Shown here piece by piece: positions 21,932-34,572 of a stretch of DNA of 64,000 nt. Where the stretch lies: the NCBI GenBank assembly GCA_001179505.1, contig CDMY01000478.1, forward strand, positions 5,067 through 69,066, read 5' to 3'. The notes below the pieces were generated by a model. It worked only from the letters and a program-made list of their open reading frames with translations, had not been told where the DNA came from and did not search any database. Numbering within the stretch: the stretch's first letter is position 1; each line of letters begins with the position of its first letter. Origin of the DNA: Vitrella brassicaformis CCMP3155. Taxonomy: Eukaryota > Protista > Chromerida. The position numbers and the translations under genes were made by a program.

Positions 21932-24738
21932 ATGGGTGCCGTCAGAAGCCACGGCTGGCGCCAGTGGGGCTGGTGTTGCGCCGCTGTCAATGCTGCCACG
22001 TGCCACCTGGTCCTGCCGCTACTTTCCTCGGTTGTCGCAGTATGCTGCTTGGTCAAAGAAGGAGGAGGCCTGGGGATGATAGGCCTGTGGGTTTGCGTGG
22101 TGGCAGCATCTGTGATGATGCATCCGTGCTTGCGGGGACAAGGCTGGCAGGTAGGCAGCAAGCCAAGAACACAGGAAAACACCGTAATTGCAGGCGTTCG
22201 TTTGTACGTGTATCATGTGTCTGGGCTCGTTCATGGTTTAGGTGGCCAGACTGGCGGTCTTGGTGGTCAACGACATGCTCACGGGGGACAAATCGACAAC
22301 CACTGCGGTGCGTACTCGCAAGGACAGCAGGGCATGCAAAGGAGCTCCTTGCCATTTCTGTGGCGTACATACCTCTCTCTCCCTCTCTCCCTCTCTCTCT
22401 GTGTGCGGTGTGGCCACAGGTGATGCTGACGGGCTTGCTCCAGCTTCTATGCATAGTAGCGTGGCTCGTAGAGCGCATGGCGAGCGGGTCGGCCGTCCCG
22501 CCCCCCTCGAGGGCCAAGGAGGCCCGTGAATCGCCGCCTCCATCCACGACGGCCCACTCCACCGAACACCAGCACACCATTACCGACCGCAACGCAGACC
22601 TGGTAAGATCCATCCGTCCATCCATCATGCACCTCTTGCTGCAGACAGTGAGTGCAACACTGCCTGGTGTGTGTCGGTGCTGCTTTGCAGGGCATTCCCA
22701 GGACCACTCCATTCTCCCCGACCCGCCTCTTCTCCTTCCTGCGGCCGCCCAGCGACCTGTCGGCTCGCCAGGAGCCCTTCAAGTGTCACAGCAAGGCGCG
22801 CGACATGGTGCCCATCGGATTCACCCCCACTGACGATGGCGTCTACCTGACGACTGACCAGGACCGCCACGCCAACAATTACGCGGACACGCAGACCGCC
22901 GCCAGTCGCCTCATTGGGCAGGCGCTGCACACCATGCTGGGATCATTGCAATGGGGCCCTATCGACGTATGCTCCTCGCTCATGCGGCAGATCGAGGCGT
23001 CGCCCATCATGGCCCACACCGTCACGACCGAGGAGTGCCTGCTCTCCCTACCATTCGATGAGGCGCGCGGCTGGGGCGTGGCGGTCTATCCTTTACTCAA
23101 CAAAGGCCTCTTCGGTGGGATGAGCCTGCAGCGGGGGATGGGCGGGGGCAAGAGGGAGGCCACGCACTGCGGTGTTGTCATCGGCACCCCCGAGAGGCTC
23201 ATCAATGGTGTGGGTCACGTCGGGTAAGTAAGGCAACATAGTGGATGGATGGTGCGGATCCTATCGCATCACCGTCCATCCATCCATCCATCCATCCAAT
23301 GTGTGTGTTGTGTTGTGGTGTGGTGTGTCGTGGTGTGGTGTGTGTGTTATGCAGGCGCGCGTCTCGGCTGGGTGTCTTTGTTGAGTGGGAGCGCATGGTC
23401 AAGGACTGCGAGCGAGAGAGCATCATGAAACTAGCACAAGGCGTCAAGAAGGTCAGGACTGGTCACGTGTTCTCTTTTATGTGCGTGATGTTGATCCATG
23501 TATGTATCTCAGGAGGGCCAGGAGTGTCTGCTGGTGGGTCTGCTGCCTCTGAGTGCCATGGACATCCCCGCCCTGTTCCCCTCCCCCCTGCACCCCAACA
23601 CCGACCTGCTCTCGTGCATCATCTCGCCCGACACCCCGCCCGCCCCGCCACCCCTCACCATCCAGTCGCTCTGGCATTCCTTCCTCGAGCACACGGGCTG
23701 CTTCGACGGCATGCCCATGAGTGCGGTGACCGGCCAGCTGCCCGCCAAAGCGGCTGGCGTGCTGGCGCTGGGTATGGTGGCCCAGGAGAAGCGGGAGCAT
23801 GACCACAAGACCAGGGAGGTGGACACGGCTGCCTCGGCGACACCTGTGGGCGGCGGAGGGGGCGGTGCTGGTGTTGGTGTGTGGTGCGACGCCAACACGG
23901 TCGACGGCAGCAGTGAGAGCGAGCTGGAGGGTGGCGTGAGTGAGGAGGCCGTCACCGATCAGGAGGGCAAGTGTGCAGAGGGAGGGGTTAGTGACGGTGA
24001 GGGTGTGGCCTCGGCCTGTTTGTTTGAGGCCGCCTTTCTGGCGGCGTATGTGCTCCTGTTGAGCGGCATCTGGCAGCCCATACAGGTGGGTGAACACGGC
24101 ACGCACAAACACATGAGCGGAAAGCCGGAAGGACCGTGTTTGCTGCTTGGTTCCCTCAGGTATTGCTGTTTGTGGTGTTTACGGTTACCCTGCCGCCCAC
24201 CACACGGCCGCTCCTGTCGGCTGTGCCGCTCGGGGGCCTCATCATGACCATAATCGTCGCCACACACATGACGTGTGGCGGTGGTGCCGTCAAACAGACG
24301 GCCACTCTCATTAGGTACGCTTAAACCCACCAGACGGCTACATGGGTCGCTCATGACTCACTCCGTTGTGTTGTCTGTTGTCTCTCATGGATGCGATGTG
24401 CGCAGCGGTTGGCTGACGGTGGTGCTGGTGTCTTTGGCCAGCAGTGGTGCTAACACGGATGGGGGGCTGGTGGTAAGGGGCACGTGTGTGCTGGCGGGCA
24501 GCGTGGCGGCACTGGCTCTCTGGACGAACCTCTACATGGCCCTTCCCGCAATGCCCATACTGTGAGTGAGAGCACTGACGGCTGGCCCACGGGCAAATGT
24601 CACAGAGCAAATTGCTTTCTGTGTGTGTGTGTCGTCAGGTCTATCATATCGTCGTGTTGGTTCCCCTTGTTTGGCGTCACGATAGCAAGCGGCACAGCCA
24701 AGTGGCTGACGTCCATCGACTATGGGGGCGCTGACTGA
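21932..24738 (+). CDS. Multi-exon hypothetical multi-pass membrane protein
   Basis: Exons splice consistently in phase: MGAVRSHG...GQGWQ|VARLAVLVVNDML..|VMLTGLLQLLCIVAWLVER.., later FEAAFLAAYVLLLSGIWQPIQ|VLLFVVFTVTL.., and ...WLTSIDYGGAD*. It has several hydrophobic stretches. No family recognised. Confidence 0.6.
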
Positions 24739-25316
24739 CACACACACACACACACACACAGGGTGGCCGGGAGAGGAATGAAGGCGCTTTAGTCGGCAGC
24801 ATCGCTGTTCATGTAGATACATACGAACATACATACAGGTGTCTGGCTGTGGGTGTGGGTGTCTGGTGTGATGTGTCGTGTCTCGGCCTGCCTCTGCCCG
24901 AAGGGCACGCCGGCAATGTGTTGGTTGATGTTTTTCGCCACCTTTATACGTACGTGTCTGTCTGTAATCGGCTGACGGCGTCATACCATTCTACATGGGT
25001 TTATATTATGCATGGACGCGTGTGTCTGTCGAGTGGCTTATGTCCCGTACGTGACGATGACGCCTTTCTGCGTGCGGGCGTGCGTGACAGCCAGACACTT
25101 TTTGGTTTAGTTGTCTGTTCATTCGTTGGGACGGGCAGCTTCATGTGTTCATGTGCATACGACACGGCCAGTGAATGGGACAGTGTACAGACCTGCCTCG
25201 GCGCAAAACACCCTCCACCATCACAAAGAGCTAGGGCTATGTCGCTCCGCCAAACCGTAGCTTAGCTCGCACCTCCCGAACGCTCTCCCGCCAGATCTGG
25301 GGCGTTGGTTGACAGG

Positions 25317-25972
25317 ATGGTGCAACGTTTGACATACCGGCGCAAGGTGCGCTACAACACACCGTCCAACAAGCAGATAGTGGTCAAGACACCGGGTGGC
25401 GTCAACACGTACCACCTCGCCACCAAACGCAGCGCCAGGCCACGGTGCGCTCAAGCCAACTGCCACATCCCTCTCGCAGGGGTAAGGAACGAAGCCACAG
25501 ACAAGACACGACGCAGGAAACACGCACGACACGAGCCAGATCTGGACCTACACACGCTCACACAGACATCGCCACGCCTCTTGATTGCTCTGTTGGCTGC
25601 CTGTTGTCTGTGTGTGTGTAGATCCCCGCTGTCCGTCCCCGTGAGCTCAAGTATATGAAGAAGCGGCAGAGGCGCGTGTCGCGGGCGTACGGCGGCAACC
25701 TCTGCCACATATGCACTCGCGACAGGTGGGTGACCATACACACACTCACAACCACCCACCCAGACGCTGGTCAATCAACCTGTTTGTTTGTGTGTGTCTG
25801 TGTGCGTGTTGGCTGGTTGGTTGTCTTGGTCAGGATTGTGCGTGCATTTCTGATAGAGGAGCAGAAGCTGGTGAAGAAGGTGCTCAAGGAGAAGGAGGCG
25901 GCCAAGTCAGCCGACAAGGCACCCGCCGCTGTCGCATCCACTGCCGGCAAAAAGAAGAAGGGATCCAAATAG
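25317..25972 (+). CDS. rpl34: 60S ribosomal protein L34 (eL34), 3 exons: 25317-25481, 25622-25725, 25834-25972
   Basis: MVQRLTYRRKVRYNTPSNKQIVVKTPGG...CHIPLAG|IPAVRPRELKYMKKRQRRVSRAYGGNLCHICTRD|RIVRAFLIEEQKLVKKVLK. Canonical splice sites with consistent phases. Confidence 0.97.
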
Positions 25973-26317
25973 GCCAGCCAGGGTGGTGACAGACTGACGC
26001 TCGGCCACAAAACACACACACAGCCTGCCGGCCTGCTTTGGTTGTGGGTGGGTGGGTGGTTTGCGTGGTGCGTGGCTGCTTAAGGTTGCCTCTCTTCTCG
26101 TGAAGCCGATATCAATGTGGTGGTGACGCGACTCCATTCATGAGCCTGAATGAATAGTACGTGAGTGACATTGATGTATGCACGCTGCGGCGGCAAGCCC
26201 AGATCTTCTTCCTACATGCCATGGATACCATAGACGTCATCCATCCATCCACTGCCTACCGACCTACATAAAGCAGTCCTGGCTGTCTCCCTGCCCTGCA
26301 CACGCTTTCCTCCCTAG

Positions 26318-28430
26318 CTACACGTCAGTCGTGCAGTGCATGTGTGGGGGGCTTTGTGAGAGAGCCACAACCAGCTTCTGCACACGAAGGTGAATCCCTT
26401 CAAATGGGGGTGTGGGCAGGAGACAGACAGACAGACAGACGGATGCATGGATGGATCCCACACCTCTCTGTAAGAGTGTAGGGTATCTGCACTCCCTCAC
26501 TTGAAGCCAACAGCTGTTGTTTGGCGATGAGTGCGGCAGTCCGCTTCTCGCCCTCGTGCAGCGCCTCGCGATGCCGACGCACACGAACACATATCTGGTT
26601 CACACACCAACATCCACACAGACGAAAGCATTGTTGCCGTACACGTGTCTCTGCGCACCTCGTGTGCCAGGTCAGGCGTCATGGGGGCGGGGCTGGTCGC
26701 TTCTTGCGGAGGCGGTTTCGGTTCAGAGGTGTGTGGGAGATGCCCATCGGCTATCTCTGGGTCAGCCACAGCCACAACACCAACGTCAGGAGCAACCGGC
26801 AGCCGTGTGGCGTGTTGTGGTAGAAGTGGCGCCCCGGCGATCAAAGACACGACGGGCGAGTCCGCCCCCTCGGCCCACACCACGTCGTCATCATCAGCGT
26901 CGCTCGAGCCATCACTCGGTCGCTTCCTGTGCGGTGGGGGGTGAGAGGGCACCCCCAGCTGCTGGTGGGGGGGTTTGCGTTGGGGCGTGGGGCCAGCAAA
27001 GCTTCTGGCTGAGAAGCCGAGCATGGATGGGCCGACACTGGGTTTTGGGATGGGCATTCTGAAGCGCCTGGATGGCGAGTGGGAGTCGGCCTCCTCTTGC
27101 ATCGCCTTGACCTGCTGCTCCATCTCCTGATCCATCGGCCGGTGCAACAAACAAACCACATGACATGGGAGGGAGACACGAGTGGGAACAAGGAAGGCTT
27201 GCCTCACCCAGTAGGCGATTTGGAACTTAAACCCCACCAGGCCGACGGGCATCGATATCACCTGCACACACGTACGTAGAGAGAGAGAGAGAGACGTGAT
27301 GTGAGAAGGGGACGAAACAAGTGCCCGGCGTCGGTCGGTATTGACCTCCCGACCATGATGCCGAAGACGGACGCTACTCCGGCTATGCACCGACCCACGT
27401 CCGTCTGCAGGCGGCTGCCTAACCACACCAGCAATGACACAAAGGACGACAGCACATGTGGCACTGACAAGCTTGTCAGGGTGCCCTCCTCTACAGTTGT
27501 CTCTTGTCCATCTGCACACACCGTATCCGACTGTAGTGAGCGTCAGGAGTGAGAAGAACATGGCGGAAGGAATCGACTCGAAACCCCTGACCGGATCAAG
27601 AAGAGCCATGTATCCGCCAATGGTGGCTTGGTGGCCCCTCGGCCTTTGTCTCACTCGGTGTTGTGGCCAAACTCCGCTGTGTACAGTAGACTCGAGAAAA
27701 CTATCACGCCTACAGACAGACAGACAGACAGACAGACAGACCGACGAGAAAGGAATGCCTGCACGGCCTCATTGAGACTCGTCGTCTGGATACATACATA
27801 CATAGTGCCAGTGAGAAGACCATGAGGTTGAGGGGTCCGAGTGACGCCTGGATGCTCACGAGCATCAGCTGCAGGCCGGACGAATAGCGCGACAGCTTCA
27901 GGACACGAAATATGCGGGTCAGGCGGACGGCACGCAGCACACGAAGACCCTTCAGGGAGTCACTCAGCTGCACACAATCACACACACGCAGACATTTCAT
28001 TTGAGAGAGGAGAGAGACGTCCATATGCTCATCTGTTTTACTGACCGAGCCCAGGATGACTTCCAAGTAAAAGGGCAGAATGGAAATGAGGTCAAACCAG
28101 TTCAGATAAGCTGCACCCACACATCGACACAAAGACAGCAAGGGCGAGGCCTCCTACCGTCTGTCTGTCCGTCTGTCTGTCTGTCTCTGCGTGTGTCTTC
28201 TGTCTGTGCTCTCCCATACAAGCGACAAATTCCCAGTGTGAGTTGCCGTGTGAGGTCCAGGCCCAGATGCGCAGCACGAATTCGAGCGTGAAAATGACGG
28301 TAGTGCCCGCCTCCAAGCTGAACCACAACGCCGACAGGTCCTCACGATCCTTCAACGCAGGCAACGTCTTCTGCACGGACAGCGCAAGAACACACACAAA
28401 GAGAGAGAAGATCACCCACCTGTGTGTGTT

Positions 28431-28464
<34 letters not shown>

Positions 28465-28831
28465 GATGATGAAGCTGGATATCGAGATGATGATGAGTGT
28501 GAGTATGGCCACAGCCACTATCTGTGCCGTCTGCGAACTGTCGGGGTACTCCAGCAGCAGATGGACCGACTTGCGGCAGCTGAAGCAGACATAAACAACC
28601 CGTACATGCAAGCCCACAATCGCCACGAGTTTGCGTGTTTGCGTGCCCCTCTTACACATCGGGGTCGCAGAGCACTGCGGCGATTGTGGACCCCATGCTT
28701 GGCTGTCGTGGGGCTATGTGTACGTCTGTTTGTCGCTTCAGCAGGCGGCCGACCGTGGTCGACCTCTTCACCAAAGGCCGGCGAGCGGCCTTGCGCATGT
28801 AGCGCTGCCCAGCTCCAAGTATCGTCGACAT
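26318..28831 (-). CDS. Voltage-gated potassium channel alpha subunit (6-TM, Kv/Shaker-superfamily-like)
   Basis: LLLEYPDSSQTAQIVAVAILTLII (S1), LEAGTTVIFTLEFVLR (S2), NWFDLISILPFYL (S3), LRVLRAVRLTRIFRVLKLSRYSSGLQ (S4), FESIPSAMFFSLLTLTTVGYG (pore and selectivity filter, ~27521-27600), GRCIAGVASVFGIMVISMPV (S6). Both ends approximate. Confidence 0.92.
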
Positions 28832-29002
28832 CGAATGGCCACCGAGACGCGAGCTGGCCCCCACTCGGAGGCCCGCAGTCTCGTCCTCGGTTCGGCCATC
28901 GGCAGCCTGAGGCGCAGAATCCGGGTCAGTGGCGCCTTGTCTGTGAATTGAAGCGACGGCCCAACACTTCCACGGGCCCTTCCCCCTCCCCCCTTTTCCG
29001 CT

Positions 29003-30585
29003 ATGTCTGTCGAGGCTCCCCCAACCTCTGCTCCCCCAGTAGCCCCTCCTGCCGGTGTGCGGTGTGCGTCGGCGTCGGCGACGGCGCAATGGGACCCCAC
29101 ACTCCTCCATGCTGAGCGGCTGCACGCCAGGAGGGCCGCAGCAGCGGGGGAAAACCCATGGTACACATACTGAGTCTTTTGGGGGAGAATGAACGGGATG
29201 GTCGGTTCTCCTGTCATGGTTCTCTTCTTTGTTCCTGTTTGTCTGTGGTGATCAGGCCTAACTACCAGCCGACCAAGGACAAGCTGAAGCTGACGGCCTA
29301 CCCACTGAAATACTCAAGGCCGGTGAATGACGAGATGACCCCCTCGCCGCATCACCGAGGTGTGCATATGACTTGAATGTATGTGACACACACACTGATG
29401 TGACACACACACGTGTGTGTGAATGTCAGCCCCCTACACCTTCATCGACGAGACGCCCCTAACATTCAAGTCACATACAAAGAAAACATGGATCTTGGTG
29501 CCTCTGAAATGTCTGCCTCCTCAGGTCCCATCGTGTGCCTTCGATGCTTTACTGTGCTCGCGAGCCGGACGTGCGTCTGGGGTGGGAGAAGATCCAGAAC
29601 ACACCGACACTGCGGACATCGGCCAGGAACATTCTCAAGAATGCACACAAGTTCAAGTATTCCGGCCACCCGCCACTTCATCACTGCACACAGGTGGACG
29701 CCCAAACACTCAGACAGTCACCCCATTTCACAGAGGATTCGTTTGCAGTCCATTCCGCCCCCTGAAGTTGCGAATCCTCTGCCGCGGGACGGCCAGAGGA
29801 GCGGCGAGGGGGCGGGCCAGGGCCCCCTGGCATTCAGGAAGGAGGACGGGCCGGACGGCTTCTTTTTCTCCGGCTATCCCTACCTGTACCCATCAGCACA
29901 GACCTACTTCGAGCCATACAACACAGAGGTGCCAAGGATAGCCTCACTGGCGGGCACCAAGAACGTCGAGGAGCTCGTCGAGGCCGAGAGACAGCTCACT
30001 GGTCGGCCGGCGACAGTGCCGTTGAGGGATGTGGTGGATAAGATGCGGCAGGACGCGGAGTTCCGGCAGACGATGAAGCAGAGATGGCGGACAATGATTG
30101 CCAAAGCAGACCACCCACACTTGCATGGGTCGGGCAGTGGGTGCACACCCAAGAATGCGTGGATGGATGGATGGATGGATGGATGGCCAACGACGTCTCT
30201 CTGTTCTGGTGACGTGCAGAGTGTTCCCGGCGCATGTGGCGAGGCGTTACAAGTTGGCGACGGTTGCGGTGGGTGAGGGGCAGAGGGAGGCTGCTGGCAC
30301 TGTCGGCGCGCGGGAGAAAGACAGGGGGGCCACAACCATGAGGGAAACACCCCAATACAGCATCAAGTGAGCGAGACACACAGGCTTCAGCGTGTGTCTC
30401 TCTTTGTCGTGTGTACGTACGGTTGGTTCCTCCTGTCTGTCTGTCTGTCTGTCTGTCTGTGTGTGTGTGTTTTGATCGATCGATCGATCAGGGGTTATGG
30501 CAAGAGCCATCCTTTGACGCACAAGCAAATCATCCCGCCCTACTCGAATAAGAAACATCCACTTTATGAAGCCAAGACGCAATGA
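29003..30585 (+). CDS. Multi-exon hypothetical protein
   Basis: ATG 29003 MSVEAPPTSAPP...ENPW|PNYQPTKDKLKLTAYPLKYSRP.., then IPPPEVANPLPRDG..GYPYLYPSAQTYFEPYNTEVPRI.., and ..GYGKSHPLTHKQIIPPYSNKKHPLYEAKTQ*. GC3-biased codons and GT-AG junctions. Confidence 0.65.
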
Positions 30586-30770
30586 GTGTCCGGATACTTG
30601 GACGGACAGGCGTGGAGGGGTCTGTTGCTCATGGGCTGCGCACCACGCACTGCAGGAAACAAGACCTCCTCTGTGCTACTCTCCTAGAACCGAACGGAAA
30701 CGAACGCTCTCCCACTCACAATACACACCATCCATCAAGGCCACAGATACGCCCGCCCTTTATCTGTCTA

Positions 30771-33421
30771 TCACGCCACATCATCCTTCCCGCTAGAGAT
30801 GCAGTCAGTGTGCACATGAAACCAGCACGAAACCGCGTATCTCTCACAATAGCATGGCAGCACCTGACACACACATCCATCCAGCCATCATTCCTTTCTG
30901 TGTGTGTCCATCCATCCATCCATCCATGTCCTGGATCTGCACCCACACCGCACCCACCTCGTGTTCGATCATGTCGCTGCGGAAGAGCACGAATGTGTCC
31001 ATCAGAGGGGGGATGTCGACCTGCTCAGACTCTGTCAAGGCACGCAGCTCGCCTCCATGCTGACACACACAGACACACACACACACACGTTTACACACTC
31101 ACACTCACAAACGATGTCTCACCTTTGTCTGCCAATCGGGGTTGAGGTAGACGATAAGCGTGAGAAGCCGGTTGTTGCCTGAGCACCAACACACAGTGAG
31201 TAGCTTAGCACCTGTCCAGAGGTATGCCATGCAGTGCTGAGCTGCAACCCTCCTCAACCATTAGCTCACTTTGCGATGCGTCCAGGTGCCGCACATACCG
31301 AGACCCACCACCTGAATGATGAAAGAGAGAGGTCCACCAAGCAAGGCAAGGACGCTCCGCTCTGTCTGTCTGCCCGAGAGTTACCTGGGTATCTTGTCAG
31401 CTGAATCTCAGACTTGCTGAAAGGGCCGCCATCCTCCTCATCCAACGGCCTGTTGTCTGCAGATGCCCTCTCAGGGACGTTGGCGGGTCGTCGACGCATG
31501 TGCACGGAGTTGAGGCGCCGTCGAACCGACTCGATCCTGGAGAAACGAACGCACCCACCCATGTGCTGCGAGGCCCTGTGGCCTTCTGTTTCTGTTCGCT
31601 CACTTGTGTGCGATCTGTTTGAGTCCCCGCAGGTCAAACAGGTCCAGCGACGCCTCATTGAGCCACATCAACTCGTCGCCACGCGCACCGGAATCCTCAC
31701 GCCTGGGTGGGTGGAACACACCATACACGCATCTCGGAGAGGTGGCACTGCCCATCTCGAGGGTGTGCATCGCCTCACCTCACCTCTCGGAAGGTCTGCC
31801 CATGCCGGCGCTCTTGAAGTGGCCTCCCTCATGGAGTCCCTCGGCCTCCTTCCTGGCCTCTCCACAGACGTCATCACCCACAAAATGACTGCCTGCAGTG
31901 CATGCAATGCAATCACACACAACAACCATTTCACGAAAGAAGCATTGCACTGCATAATGCATTCCTTTCCTCGTGTCTGACAGCTCCCCGCCTCACTCAC
32001 CACAGATGATTGGCAGCGTGGCACGTGGGAAAGATCCGCTGGCTTGCTCCCTCTCACCATCTGGGTAGCCGAGCAGGGCCTCCAGCTTGCTGTCGTCATT
32101 CAGAATATCGTCGAAAACGCACTCCAAGTCCCTTTCAGCGAAGCGAAGCAAGCGGCACGAGTGAGGAAACGTTCATCGGGTTGGCAGATCCGCCATCGGT
32201 GGTTCCCTGACTCACTGTGGTTTGAGCTTTCGGATGGGTCTTGTGTCGAGGTACTGCAGCAAACTGAAGAACACGGCCTCATTCACGTTCTTCTGCATCT
32301 CGGTGTGTGTGCAGGGGTCCCCTCTGTGGGGTTTAGGGTTTGAGAAACCCTGTTGCCGGGAGGGCCATGCATGGACACACGGCACAGCTGTACTGTACAT
32401 GAAGTCAGTACGCGTATGCGTGTGGAGCTGCATGCATTCATCGTGTACGTGACTGACTTGCCCCGCCCCCTCTGTACAAACATCCCTCGGGCCCGCACAG
32501 CTGCACCCTGTGTCCTCCACCTATCGATTGACCCCCCTCCCCTCAGCCATCCATTCCCTCCTCGGATGCCTTTTTCATGACCTTCTGGGCAGCGTCCAGC
32601 AAGAAACTGTCGAAGCGAGTGACGCGGCTCTGCAGACACACACAGATCGATCAAACAAGACAGGAAAAACATGGATGGATCCACCCACCTATGCATCGCT
32701 TGCCATTGACTAGACGGCTGACCTGTGTGTACTGAGCGAGTTTCTTGACGGCGAGGTGCCTCTTCCTCTCAGCGCGCGAGTCATCGCTCAGCGACACCTG
32801 AATACTCACATCTGCACACAACACGGGCGGGCCATGGTGCGGGCAGGCGCCATACTTGCCAGTCAGCCTCAGACGTATACCCACCTTCGAGTGCGGCGGA
32901 TCGTGACCAGTGCACGTCTACGTTGGTGGCCTCCGCAAACTGGCGAAACACACTCATGCATTCGTCCCTCGGCCGACCGACACACTCACTCACCTGCACC
33001 AACAGACCAACACACATACACACGTCAACCCTCGGGCAAACCACAGGCCATGTGATGTGTCGAGGGTGTGTTAGTGGGTGCATACCCTCTCCCAGTCCAC
33101 CAGGGGCAGCTTGACGGGTGACTGCGTCATCAGCGGATGGGCGTCAGCGGCGCTGTGGCCACGGCCACTCTGATTCAACATGTCCCCAACCTGCGCGAGA
33201 GAGCAGTCTCAAACAAACAGACAGCAATGATCCAGAGGTTCTTGGATGCATTCCTCCCTCCCTCTCTGTCTGTCATCTCCCACCTGTTTGCTAATCTCCT
33301 CTACGAGAGCGAGGATGAAGTCGATGTCGGTCGCCGTCACGCCTTCTTCATCCGAGTGGACCGGGTCGTTCTGGCCCGCCTGGATCTGACCCACCATAGC
33401 GTCCCAGCTCAGGTCACCCAT
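30771..33421 (-). CDS. EGLN/PHD-like 2-oxoglutarate Fe(II) prolyl hydroxylase
   Basis: Spliced: EARKEAEGLHEGGHFKSAGMG; ARGDELMWLNE; EIQLTRYPG|GGSRYVRHLD (HxD); NNRLLTLIVYLNPDW; GGELRAL..DIPPLMDTFVLFRSDMIEHE|VLPCYCERYAVSCWFH (distal His and 2OG-binding Arg). The motif order matches the EGLN catalytic domain. 5' start (MGDLSWDAMVGQ.., 33421) is tentative. Confidence 0.85.
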
Positions 33422-34572
33422 CGCCAGACACGCCACTGACGCAACTGTTGAGAGATGAACGGACGGATGCCAGGGACTCAGTTTGTCAGGCACGGCTGTC
33501 GCTGCAAGTGGTGGATTACTCGACCCGCATCTTCTTGCGGAGCCACTCTATCGGCTAAGCACCAGAAAGGGGCAGAAATCAAAGTGGCGGCGAGAATTTG
33601 GAAAGAATTCTCGACGGGGAGACAAACCCTAAAGCCTACGATACATTTCTTCACAATTTGTGCTCTCCAGCCTTTCCCTCGCCGTATCTCCTCTGTTTCA
33701 TCGTCTTGTCGGCTGGTCTTTGTCTTTTGTGGCTCGCCTTGGTCTCTCCCAGGCCCCCTCTCAACGGAGACGGTCGCCACTTCCTCATTGCAGCCGCCTG
33801 CAGCGGGAAGGCCTGACGCCTCCCTGACGCCAGCCAAGTGCAGGGCAGCCTCCTTTCGCAACGACCGCCTCGCAGCGAATGTTCAGTGTATGTTCGTCAG
33901 CCACACGAAACTGAGGAGTTGGCGATTCGTGTGTGCCGTCTCTCAGCATTCTCGCTTGGTTTGTGCGTGTCGCCTGAGTCTCCCATGCAGGAGGGTAAAG
34001 GGTCGACATCGAGAGAGCGGATGTGCTGTTTGTACCTCCCGCAGAGGAGGCTGAGGATAAATATTTTAATTCACAAAGAGAGTGTCCTCAAGAAATAATC
34101 AGCCGTGCTGTTTCTGGTGGTTGTGGTGAGATCAGAATGCAGCCCCGACGACGCGGCAACCTGCTGTCCGGACGAGCCGTTGACGAGACGTTGGAAAAAA
34201 AGGAAATGATCACCCCTCAGGCGCGGCTACTGTTTTCTGGTGGTTGTGGTGTAATCAGAATGGTTACGGCGGGGGCCTCAGGCATCCGCCGACGACGCAG
34301 CAACCTGCTGCATCCTCGGAGAACAAATCCTTGACGCCGTTGACGAGACGTTGGTGAGAGAAAGAAGTGAGTTCCTTTCTGTTGCCGTGTCGGCGTCGAA
34401 CTGTGTCCCCTTGTGTTTCAGTTCTAGTCTTCCGCAAGCTCATACCGGTCGGCTCTTCGCGCTGCGCCAAGAGCCGCTCAAGACATCACGGACGCTGCGG
34501 GAGGTCCCGCTCAACCGACTCTCAACCAACCCCTCCCGTCTTCAAGGTTACACGTGGGAGGCAACAAAAACG

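Noticed and set aside
32330-32345. gggtttagggttt as an interstitial telomere
   Set aside because: Fewer than two TTTAGGG units inside an intron, which is expected by chance.
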